From the IMG/VR virus record IMGVR_UViG_2887863138_000003, positions 9,185-73,184 of that record: a DNA stretch of 64,000 nt. One strand, written 5' to 3'. Numbering within the stretch: position 1 is the stretch's first letter; every line of letters begins with the position of its first letter. This document shows positions 28,008-35,495 of this stretch, piece after piece. A program made the position numbers and the translations under genes. Below the pieces are notes generated by a model. That model worked only from the letters and a program-made list of their open reading frames with translations. It had not been told where the DNA came from and made no database searches. The stretch is from a virus (Duplodnaviria > Caudoviricetes).

Positions 28008-28036
28008 TTTTCGACAAGAAGATTTCCGATTCCTTC
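28008..28036 (-). promoter_or_regulatory. sigmaH-like promoter upstream of the micro-peptide array
   Basis: Minus strand gAAGGAatc...gtcGAAA; AGGA to GAA spacing 18 nt fits the sigmaH consensus AGGA-N17/18-GAAT with one mismatch. Confidence 0.45.
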
Positions 28037-28069
28037 CAAATATACAAAAAGCCGCCGGTTTTCCGACGA

Positions 28070-28156
28070 CTAATTGCGATTTTTCACGGCTTGTACTAAC
28101 GCGGCGATCGAGATGACCAACGCTACCACCGCGATTACCAATGTAATAGTTTCCAC
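28070..28156 (-). CDS. Single-TM peptide, 28 aa (type I toxin-like)
   Basis: GGAGG RBS, GTG start; METITLVIAVVALVISIAALVQAVKNRN; followed by terminator GTCGTCGG-AAAA-CCGGCGGC-TTTTT. Confidence 0.7.
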   Translation of the reverse strand: METITLVIAVVALVISIAALVQAVKNRN

Positions 28157-28207
28157 GGTTCCAACGCCTCCGTTGACTATCGTACATAATCGAGGGTATG
28201 ATTGGAA

Positions 28208-28298
28208 TAAGATAATGGGGAGGGCAGGGACCCGTTAGGCTCCCATACCCGTCTGTTGACCGACCTCTTACGCCGCTAACGTAAGGGGTCTTTACTTT
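28208..28298 (+). ncRNA. Putative antisense antitoxin RNA (ends approximate)
   Basis: sigmaA promoter TTGACT (28173-78), 18 nt, TATGAT (28197-202); ends at hairpin GACCTCTTACG-CCGCTAA-CGTAAGGGGTC plus T-rich tail, convergent with the 34-aa peptide gene. Confidence 0.55.
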
Positions 28299-28396
28299 AG
28301 GTTCCGACCGTTGCTGTTTCGCCTGCCAATGCGGTAGTTGACTATCGCAGTTGCCAAGTTTACCAGCGCGGTCACCAGAAGCACGACCTCCACCAT
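28292..28396 (-). CDS. Single-TM peptide, 34 aa (type I toxin-like)
   Basis: AGAAGGAGG RBS; MVEVVLLVTALVNLATAIVNYRIGRRNSNGRNLK (TM plus basic tail). Confidence 0.75.
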   Translation of the reverse strand: MVEVVLLVTALVNLATAIVNYRIGRRNSNGRNLK

Positions 28397-28501
28397 TACC
28401 CGTCCTCCTTCTCATTTACTGGAAGGTATGGAAATCACACCCTCTACAAGAAGGATAACACGTTCCGTTAAACGTGACAATAACAAATGGAGTTGTTCGC
28501 G

Positions 28502-28714
28502 ATGAAAATACATATTAAACTAGCCGATCTACTCAAAGAACGTGGAATCTCGCAACGAGAACTCGCACGCCTGACGGGTATACGTGTCTCGTCAATCAAC
28601 GAAATGTGCAACAATGATACAGTACGACTACCACTCGATAACCTTGCGAAGATATGCCAAGTGCTTGGCGTTGAGATTACGGATGTGCTCGAACTTATAG
28701 ATGAACGTCTCTAG
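28502..28714 (+). CDS. XRE/Cro-C1-type HTH regulator
   Basis: L.DLLKERGISQRELARLTGIR.SSIN.MC.N...R..LD.L.KIC..L. Confidence 0.9.
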   Translation: MKIHIKLADLLKERGISQRELARLTGIRVSSINEMCNNDTVRLPLDNLAKICQVLGVEITDVLELIDERL

Positions 28715-28750
28715 CATGCATAGATACGAAATCCTCCGAAAGTAAACCCC

Positions 28751-29206
28751 TTACGCAATAAAATAGCTCTTGACTTCGCTCGCCTTTATGTCTTTCGCGT
28801 ACTGTTCTTGTCTCGCCTTATTGCGTATCTTAGCGTTGTTATCTACGAATTGCATTTCGTAAGGGCTGCGTCTTCTGCGCGAAGGTTTCCGGTAAGAGAT
28901 TCCGTCCGTCCCTGTATCCTCTACTATTTTAAGCGAGGTCTCACCGCCCATACCGGAACCTCGTCGCTTGTGTTTTCCGAGTGTTCGGCGGGCGTATTGT
29001 GTCGCAGATAGGATCGGATATTCGTGGTGGGTCATTTTATGCTCGTCGTTGTCCGTAAGCTCCTCGTGTAGGATCGCGTCTGTCAAGCGTTCAAGTTCGG
29101 CGGGCTTAGGTCGGTCACCAGTTTGTGAAATAAAATCGTCAATCCATGCGCTGATTGTTGCGATACGATCCATTCGTTCCATTCGGGTTAAAACTAACGT
29201 GTCCAT
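28751..29206 (-). CDS. Conserved phage hypothetical protein
   Basis: LERLTD.IL.EEL.D...HKM...EYPILS..Q..RR motif. Confidence 0.7.
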   Translation of the reverse strand: MDTLVLTRMERMDRIATISAWIDDFISQTGDRPKPAELERLTDAILHEELTDNDEHKMTHHEYPILSATQYARRTLGKHKRRGSGMGGETSLKIVEDTGTDGISYRKPSRRRRSPYEMQFVDNNAKIRNKARQEQYAKDIKASEVKSYFIA

Positions 29207-29448
29207 TCGGATTCCTCCCCAGAAAGTAGATGCTTGATTGCGGTTTCAGCACTAGAAGAATCGTCGATCCCTCGGTAATTTGCAAACGTAAAAGTGCCGG
29301 TTAATGACGATCCATCCCTAAACCAAACGGAGGCACCCACTTCTTCACACGGGTACGTACGCTCAGAAATATAGAAAGGCTCCCTTCTCTTAGAGAAGTC
29401 AGTTTCTACCGTACGTTTAATGCTATGAATCAATATTTTATCTAACAT
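29194..29448 (-). CDS. Hypothetical protein
   Basis: 84-aa ORF coupled to neighbours. Confidence 0.5.
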   Translation of the reverse strand: MLDKILIHSIKRTVETDFSKRREPFYISERTYPCEEVGASVWFRDGSSLTGTFTFANYRGIDDSSSAETAIKHLLSGEESEWTR

Positions 29449-29816
29449 TAAGCCGCCTCCTCACCGTAATTCCACGCCTCATAGATTGTCGCAACTTGAT
29501 CTAATCCATTTCCTACTAGTTGTCCTACGCGCTGTTTACTTACACCCATCGCCTGTCCAGTCTCAACCGTATATAACTCCCGTTCATACACGTAATACAA
29601 CGCTTCACGCTCCCGATCCGTCAGCCCCGCCCGTTCGATCGCCTCCGCCAAATCAATCAGCACGTCACACGCCGCGTAGTCGCCCCGTTCGAACCGGCTT
29701 GACCGTAAATGGTGGATATCGCGTAGGATTGCGTGTACGCCGTCACGGTCATTTAACGCGTACCTTACGGAAAGATTTCGGTGCCCTTTTTCGATATCTA
29801 CAGCACATGCGCCCAT
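29448..29816 (-). CDS. Sigma-70 region 4-like HTH regulator (candidate late activator)
   Basis: LT.REREAL..VY......VE.G..MGVSKQRV.Q. Confidence 0.7.
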   Translation of the reverse strand: MGACAVDIEKGHRNLSVRYALNDRDGVHAILRDIHHLRSSRFERGDYAACDVLIDLAEAIERAGLTDREREALYYVYERELYTVETGQAMGVSKQRVGQLVGNGLDQVATIYEAWNYGEEAA

Positions 29817-30573
29817 TAAGCCGCCTCCCTTAGTTGTGCAATCCGTTGGTTCGCGATATCAGCGTACTTTGACTCCGTTTCAAATCCGATAAATTTACGC
29901 CCGGCGCTTATTGCTGCTACCGCGGTTGTACCGGAGCCCATGCAGTTGTCGAGGACGATTTCGCCAGGATTCGTGTACGTTCGGATAAGGTATTCGAAAA
30001 GGGCAACGGGCTTCTGTGTTGGGTGGACTGATTCGTTACTGCTATTAGCATTGCTGAATGTCAATAGATTTTTTGGGTACCATTTGTCATAGACCTTTTC
30101 TTCGAGATTTGATTTCTCACCGCCCATGATTTCGGTCCGTTTATATTCTCTAGTTTTTCTTTTCTCAATCTTGTCGGGTGGACGTTCAACCATGATCGGG
30201 TAGTAATTAACCTTACCCTTGCCAAAAACACATATATCCTCGGTTTGCTGCATAGGGCGGTGTTTGGCTACCAAATGCCCCCTAGCTGTCACTTTGTCCC
30301 ATACCCATGAATACTGCTCATCACCAACGCGCTTGTAAACGGCTGGGTTGCCGTCAATATGATCGCCCCATTGTCCTTTATGATACGCTTGTATTGCTCC
30401 CACAACGTTTCAAACGGAATGACCGTGTCCCACTTGCACCGGGTCGTCCCATACGGTAGATCGCACAAGATCATATCTACGCTCCCATCCGGAATCATCC
30501 GCATCCCCTCGATACAATCGCGCTGATATATCCGATTTAACTCGATCTCTCCGAGTAGTTTCTTTTCCGCCAT
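29816..30573 (-). pseudogene. N4/N6 DNA methyltransferase, frameshifted
   Basis: 5' part DCIEGM..IPDGSVDMILCDLPYG...QPFTSALVMS; 3' part YSWVWDK...HPTQKPV..VLD..MGSGTT in another frame; break near 30315. Confidence 0.85.
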
Positions 30574-30714
30574 CAAACCGCCTCCTTCATTTCGCGTATG
30601 ATACACGGTAATAAACGCCTGCCTAACGCGCTTATTAACGGTATTATCTTCCAATCTACCGTTGAATGACGTATACTTGCGTTAAATAAACGGTTAACGA
30701 TCGGAGTGAACACT

Positions 30715-31116
30715 ATGTCTTTCGTTGCTCACAATTTTTCTTACTCTGAATCCTTCGACTCTTATATCTCTTTAGATAAATTCAACCGTCTGTATTTATC
30801 GTACGGACTCCGCAACAAACTTGGAATTGTTCCCGGCACGCCGTTCAAATGTCACGTGGGTTATGACCCAAAGACCGGCAATATCGGCCTTGCACGTCCG
30901 GGCGAAATCTCCGTAGATGACTCGGTACAGCCGGCTATCTTCGACAGCAAACGTTACTACGCGGCCGTGACATCCTTTGTACGTAAGCATAACGTTCCCG
31001 TCGGCAAGTACCTGTATATCGAACGTTCTAACAACTGGTACGCGTTCCGTCACAAAGAGCAGGAAGAACCTTCGTCCGCACCCTCTTCACCCAGACGCGG
31101 CCGTAAGAAATCGTAA
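30715..31116 (+). CDS. Hypothetical protein (reverse-oriented moron)
   Basis: GGAG RBS, 133 aa, opposite strand in the replication operon. Confidence 0.65.
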   Translation: MSFVAHNFSYSESFDSYISLDKFNRLYLSYGLRNKLGIVPGTPFKCHVGYDPKTGNIGLARPGEISVDDSVQPAIFDSKRYYAAVTSFVRKHNVPVGKYLYIERSNNWYAFRHKEQEEPSSAPSSPRRGRKKS

Positions 31117-31343
31117 GTAATCTCCGTTGAGGTAGCGTGGCGGCCATCCGTGTAACCAGCACGGTAGCCGTCCGCATATGCCTCGCGAACATAAGCAGGC
31201 CAGTCGGGTACGAACGGGTCTACTTGACGATCACCTTCACTATATCGAATATCCAGCCCATCACTACAAACACAAGAATTAAGAATACTATCGGGTTCTC
31301 GTTTGCAAACTTCCACATCAAACCGCCTCCTTATGCTTAACAT
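31050..31343 (-). CDS. Hypothetical protein
   Basis: AY.DGYRAGY.DG motif common in phage small proteins; start uncertain. Confidence 0.45.
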   Translation of the reverse strand: MLSIRRRFDVEVCKREPDSILNSCVCSDGLDIRYSEGDRQVDPFVPDWPAYVREAYADGYRAGYTDGRHATSTEITYDFLRPRLGEEGADEGSSCSL

Positions 31344-31863
31344 CCCGCATCACGCAATCAATCTGCTGCCATAGGTCAAGGACTGATCCGTCATTGTACA
31401 AATCGTAGTCGACCTCGAACCAGTCGATATACTGTTCGGTCTCGTGGTGGAGATCAGCTTCCGTAAAGGTATCGCCAGCGTCCTCCATTCGTTTTAGTCG
31501 CGTCCCATCTTCGGCGTTAATACGGATAATAACGAATCCTTCATCGCGTAGACGGTCGTACTCGTTCATCTGGCGGAGGTCTGTAATTACTACGTCGAAA
31601 AGATGTGCTCGATTCACTTCGCGCATGGTTCGCTTAATCCACACGTCAGGATCAATCGACCTCATCGCCTGCCCCACGCCTTGTAATAGCGCACGGGGCT
31701 TCTTGCTGTTAGCGACTTGTTCGGGGAACAGCTCGTGACACACACTTTTTATGCCGTCACCGAATGCGAACGGTACGAAATCGTAATGTTCGACTAGGTA
31801 GGTCGCGACCGTATCCTTGCCCGATCTCATCTTTCCGGTAAGAGCGATTTTCACGTTAGGCAA
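31318..31863 (-). CDS. Deoxynucleoside monophosphate kinase-like P-loop protein
   Basis: IALTGKMRSGKDT, R.LLQ..G...R..DPDVW, VITDLRQ.NE. Confidence 0.85.
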   Translation of the reverse strand: MPNVKIALTGKMRSGKDTVATYLVEHYDFVPFAFGDGIKSVCHELFPEQVANSKKPRALLQGVGQAMRSIDPDVWIKRTMREVNRAHLFDVVITDLRQMNEYDRLRDEGFVIIRINAEDGTRLKRMEDAGDTFTEADLHHETEQYIDWFEVDYDLYNDGSVLDLWQQIDCVMRDVKHKEAV

Positions 31864-33055
31864 CGGCAGTCACCTCCGTTTCTTGGTCGCGGGAGTCATC
31901 GATGATACGAAATTGTTTATCACCAATCCAACCGGAACTTTCTTTTGTTAAAAAGCAATTTTTACCGTAACGCTCATGATTGTAGCCCGTCACACGTTCT
32001 TTAAGCGTTAGCGCTCTACCTCCCAGCCGATGGGCCGTTGGATAAACAACGTCACCTACACGCGGCTCCGTAGGCTGTGGAGTGTTCAAGTAATCCGTGG
32101 GCACATCGAGGTCCAACGCACGACGTAACGCAATAGCCTTGCCGATATGGGCGTTGAAGCAGTCGTCCGGCGAACACTTGGCGATACCACGAGCGTATAT
32201 CCTTTCCGGGGTTACCGCGCCGCGAAGTAAGCAGACTATGGTTCTCTTTTCCTTGTTGACGATAAAATCAGCAGTCATCCCAAGATGTCCCTCAAGAAGG
32301 TAAATATCATCGCGTCCACGTAGATGCGGATTCCTTACATCGGTCATATCAGACCTTAGTTCTACCACGTCCACCTTGGCACGTTCCACGATCCCATCAC
32401 GAGACTTATTCGTCAGAACTTCCATCATCTTATCCCGGGTCTCCTCGTTGTTAGGCGCACCCACGAATTTCGCCAGCTCCGCCTGTACGCTGTCCACGAT
32501 CGCTTTAAGGATTTCGGAAGGAGACGATGAGGCTACGTTGACGGTTAGGTTTACGGTGATGTTATTCGTGGCCGGTTCGTCTAAAGGCGTTATAACTACG
32601 TATTCGCGGTGATAGATAATCTGAGCATGTCCGGTTACAAGTACGCAGCCAAACACCTCCGGTACTTCCCTGATGGTCTGGACGCTCCCGTTTGCGTACA
32701 GTCCCTCAGCGTCTTCTGCCGCGACGATTAGAATACGTTCGCCGGCCTTAGCCTTTCGTTTCTCTTCGCGGTAACGTAAGCCGTCAACGTGGATAATATC
32801 AGTAGGTTCGAGGACTACGTAATCGTCATGAGCTAGATTAAGCTCAGTGCCGTCACCCCACTTTCCGTCCACGTCTATAAAGAAAGACCCATATAACTTC
32901 GTAACTGTATAAACCTCGCCCTTTCGATATTCACCTAACATCACTCCCGCGTCCGCGATGATCTTTACTCGTTCACCAACGTTTGCCTCACGTTTAACCT
33001 CGCGATACTCACGCTTAACTCCGTTATCATCCGTCAAAATAGTTACATTCGTCAT
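31856..33055 (-). CDS. Phage protein with repeated YREV.REA..GE..I...Y.VLEP modules
   Basis: Two N-terminal repeats plus C-terminal GIAKC.PDD.FN.HIGKAIALRRAL domain. Confidence 0.75.
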   Translation of the reverse strand: MTNVTILTDDNGVKREYREVKREANVGERVKIIADAGVMLGEYRKGEVYTVTKLYGSFFIDVDGKWGDGTELNLAHDDYVVLEPTDIIHVDGLRYREEKRKAKAGERILIVAAEDAEGLYANGSVQTIREVPEVFGCVLVTGHAQIIYHREYVVITPLDEPATNNITVNLTVNVASSSPSEILKAIVDSVQAELAKFVGAPNNEETRDKMMEVLTNKSRDGIVERAKVDVVELRSDMTDVRNPHLRGRDDIYLLEGHLGMTADFIVNKEKRTIVCLLRGAVTPERIYARGIAKCSPDDCFNAHIGKAIALRRALDLDVPTDYLNTPQPTEPRVGDVVYPTAHRLGGRALTLKERVTGYNHERYGKNCFLTKESSGWIGDKQFRIIDDSRDQETEVTAVA

Positions 33056-33082
33056 ATACCGATCGCCCTCCGAAATTTTTAT

Positions 33083-33919
33083 TTAGGCTACGTCAAAGTA
33101 CGGCGCTGTCCACGGCTCTGCTTTCGTGACCTCTTTACGTAATTGCTCGGCTAGTTCCGCAATCTCCCATTGAGCGCCGCGCCCCTCTCGTCGTTTGCTG
33201 TAGAAGTCGAGAAGGGCCCGAAGGTTCGCGGTCATAACTAGATTGGTTGCGGCCGCGTTCGGGAGTACCATTCGGGCATCTTCCGGCGGGACTCCTGCGC
33301 GACGTAAACGGTCGTATACCGATTGCAGGGTGCTCATCGCATCTTCGAACTCTTCTACCGCCGTAATGTTTCGCCAGATGGCGTCACCAGTCTCTTCGTT
33401 AAATCCGATCAATCGAGTAGAATCCGTGTCCTTTCCGTTGAGTGTAGGCGGCACCACGTAATCAAATCCGCCAGTCTTATCGGAACTGCCCATCCGCACA
33501 TAGCGTTGTGATTGGACGGAGTAGCTAAAGCCGACCCGATGCCGTGTCAATTGCGCTAGGAGTGCGCGGGATACGCCCTCGATCGCGAATGTAAACGTTA
33601 AATGTTCCATAGTAGACGTATGGCCTGAACGTGTGATGTGGCGGAACAGGCGGTCGGCTTCCGTACCACCTTCGCCGTCGGATGCGGTCTGGCCGAAATA
33701 TTTGTCGCCTTCGAGAACAACGATTTCGGACGGCTTGTTGGCGGAATAACACGTTCTGATTGCGGTGAGGGCTACGGCTTGGCCGTCAGTTGCGCCCCAT
33801 CGGTCGTGTTGATTACCTTCATATCCTAGGAATTCGTCAAGTATATCGAAGCTATTGTAAAACTCTTCGCTCAGTTGCGTATGCGAGATCAGCTTCACGG
33901 ACATTTGCGTTTCTACCAT
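33083..33919 (-). CDS. thyX: FAD-dependent thymidylate synthase
   Basis: SGH.S..EH, GVSRA..AQLTRHR....SVQSQRYV, EDAR.VLP, R....AQWEI. Confidence 0.95.
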   Translation of the reverse strand: MVETQMSVKLISHTQLSEEFYNSFDILDEFLGYEGNQHDRWGATDGQAVALTAIRTCYSANKPSEIVVLEGDKYFGQTASDGEGGTEADRLFRHITRSGHTSTMEHLTFTFAIEGVSRALLAQLTRHRVGFSYSVQSQRYVRMGSSDKTGGFDYVVPPTLNGKDTDSTRLIGFNEETGDAIWRNITAVEEFEDAMSTLQSVYDRLRRAGVPPEDARMVLPNAAATNLVMTANLRALLDFYSKRREGRGAQWEIAELAEQLRKEVTKAEPWTAPYFDVA

Positions 33920-34509
33920 TACGCTGACACCCCCGTACTCCCAAAACCACCGGCTCCGCGTTCTGTCTCGCTTAATTCGTCCGCAACGATAAACTGCGCC
34001 TGCATTACCGGCAATATCAATCCTTGGGCAACACGATCGCCATTACGTATTAGGTACGTTCCTACTGGATAATTGTGCCACCGTTCGCCTCGGACTAGCT
34101 CGCCGGATATCGTCCGTAAACACACAGTGATCGGATATTCGATTCGATAGTCTGTTGCAATCGTTTTGCCCTCTTTGAAGTCGTAATCGGAGTCATGGGC
34201 AATAAGTGGCTCTTTTTCCGTAATATTATCGAACATCATCGCGACTTCGCCCCGGTAGTCACTGTCGATAATACCGATACCGTTCGATTGCCGAAGCCCC
34301 GTATTAAGAGCGATGCCCGATCGCATGCACACTAACATCATGAAGCCCTCCGGTATTTCAAACGCGAGTCCTAACGGAACCTTTTTCGTCTCACCGGGCG
34401 AAATGGCTACGTCCTCAACCGCGACAAGATCGAAGCCGGCCGAGCCAGTCGTAGCGTACTGCGGAATTACTGCGTCCGGGTGCAGACGTTTGATTTTTAC
34501 GGGGATCAT
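33919..34509 (-). CDS. dut: dUTPase (trimeric) with internal insertion
   Basis: SAGFDL, RSG.A, GIIDSDYRGEV, GDRVAQ, RG.GGFGSTG. Confidence 0.95.
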   Translation of the reverse strand: MIPVKIKRLHPDAVIPQYATTGSAGFDLVAVEDVAISPGETKKVPLGLAFEIPEGFMMLVCMRSGIALNTGLRQSNGIGIIDSDYRGEVAMMFDNITEKEPLIAHDSDYDFKEGKTIATDYRIEYPITVCLRTISGELVRGERWHNYPVGTYLIRNGDRVAQGLILPVMQAQFIVADELSETERGAGGFGSTGVSA

Positions 34510-34614
34510 TCGGTACCCTCCCTAAATTGAGCAATTTTTTAGAATATACAAATTTATCAATAATTGGTAACATAAATATCGACAAAAAATTTTACATAAA
34601 AGGAGTCGTTTCTG

Positions 34615-34890
34615 TTGAAAAACAAATTCTCAAAAATTCTTTCCGTCGTGGCACTTTCGACCCTTGTCTTTTCTCCAAGCGTTCTTGCCGCAGACAAAGT
34701 ATGGAAAACAGTAACATATGAAAAAGTATTACGTCATTGGTCGGGCAAGTTTGATCCTGAGATTAATTACGACAACGGGAAAGGATACTCAGGTAAACTT
34801 AAGCTTGTAAGCACATCTTGCGATGTCAGAGACGCTGAAATCGAAGAATGTGATATCACCTATGAGGGATGGCTTTACTACCAATATTAA
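34615..34890 (+). CDS. Secreted 91-aa beta-rich moron protein
   Basis: Signal MKNKFSKILSVVALSTLVFSPSVLA; AAAGGAG RBS; own terminator at 34908-34945; two Cys. Confidence 0.85.
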   Translation: MKNKFSKILSVVALSTLVFSPSVLAADKVWKTVTYEKVLRHWSGKFDPEINYDNGKGYSGKLKLVSTSCDVRDAEIEECDITYEGWLYYQY

Positions 34891-34993
34891 TAAGCTATAA
34901 AGCGCGAACCTCAGCTTATCATTAAAGGGATAGCTGAGGTCTTTTAATTTTACTTAGCTACGTCCCAGAATTTTATCTGAAATTCGGTCATCA

Positions 34994-35233
34994 TTACTTC
35001 GCCTCCTTAATAGATTCGTAGACTTCAAGAAGCTTTCGTTCAGCAAAATGCAAGCCAGCTCTATAGGCTTTCGTTTCCAAGTCGTCTGGTTCTCGTAGGA
35101 TCACTCGATGGTGCTCCTCGTGTAGCTTATAAAGTGTATGAAATACGATATCGACTAACTGTTCACCAACCGTGGGTTTTCCTCGTAACATTTCGATTAA
35201 CTCGCGTTGTTCATTCGTTGGGCCGTAGCTCAT
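34994..35233 (-). CDS. Hypothetical protein
   Basis: 79-aa ORF in operon orientation. Confidence 0.6.
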   Translation of the reverse strand: MSYGPTNEQRELIEMLRGKPTVGEQLVDIVFHTLYKLHEEHHRVILREPDDLETKAYRAGLHFAERKLLEVYESIKEAK

Positions 35234-35495
35234 AGATTCATGACACCTCGAAATATGGTATGATGGAAAAAGTTAGTTTGTTTTACGGGACTAAAAAGTC
35301 TTACGCGACTGCAAAAACCTTAGCGAATCTTACGGTACTTGGGGGTGTGTCTATGACGATTCTCAGTTTTTTTGTACCGGGAATTCAACTAGCTGTAGGT
35401 CTTTCCATGCTTCAGCTTGTAGCACAAGGCATTGCCATTAATATGACTCCAACCGCTAAGGGGTCGCGTAAAGCAAACTACTATCATCGTCTTTA

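Noticed and set aside
35296-35475. Known self-cleaving ribozyme (hammerhead/pistol) in the post-nrdJ gap
   Set aside because: Could not find the hammerhead CUGANGA/GAAA core in correct context or the pistol signature by eye; kept only as a generic structured-RNA candidate.
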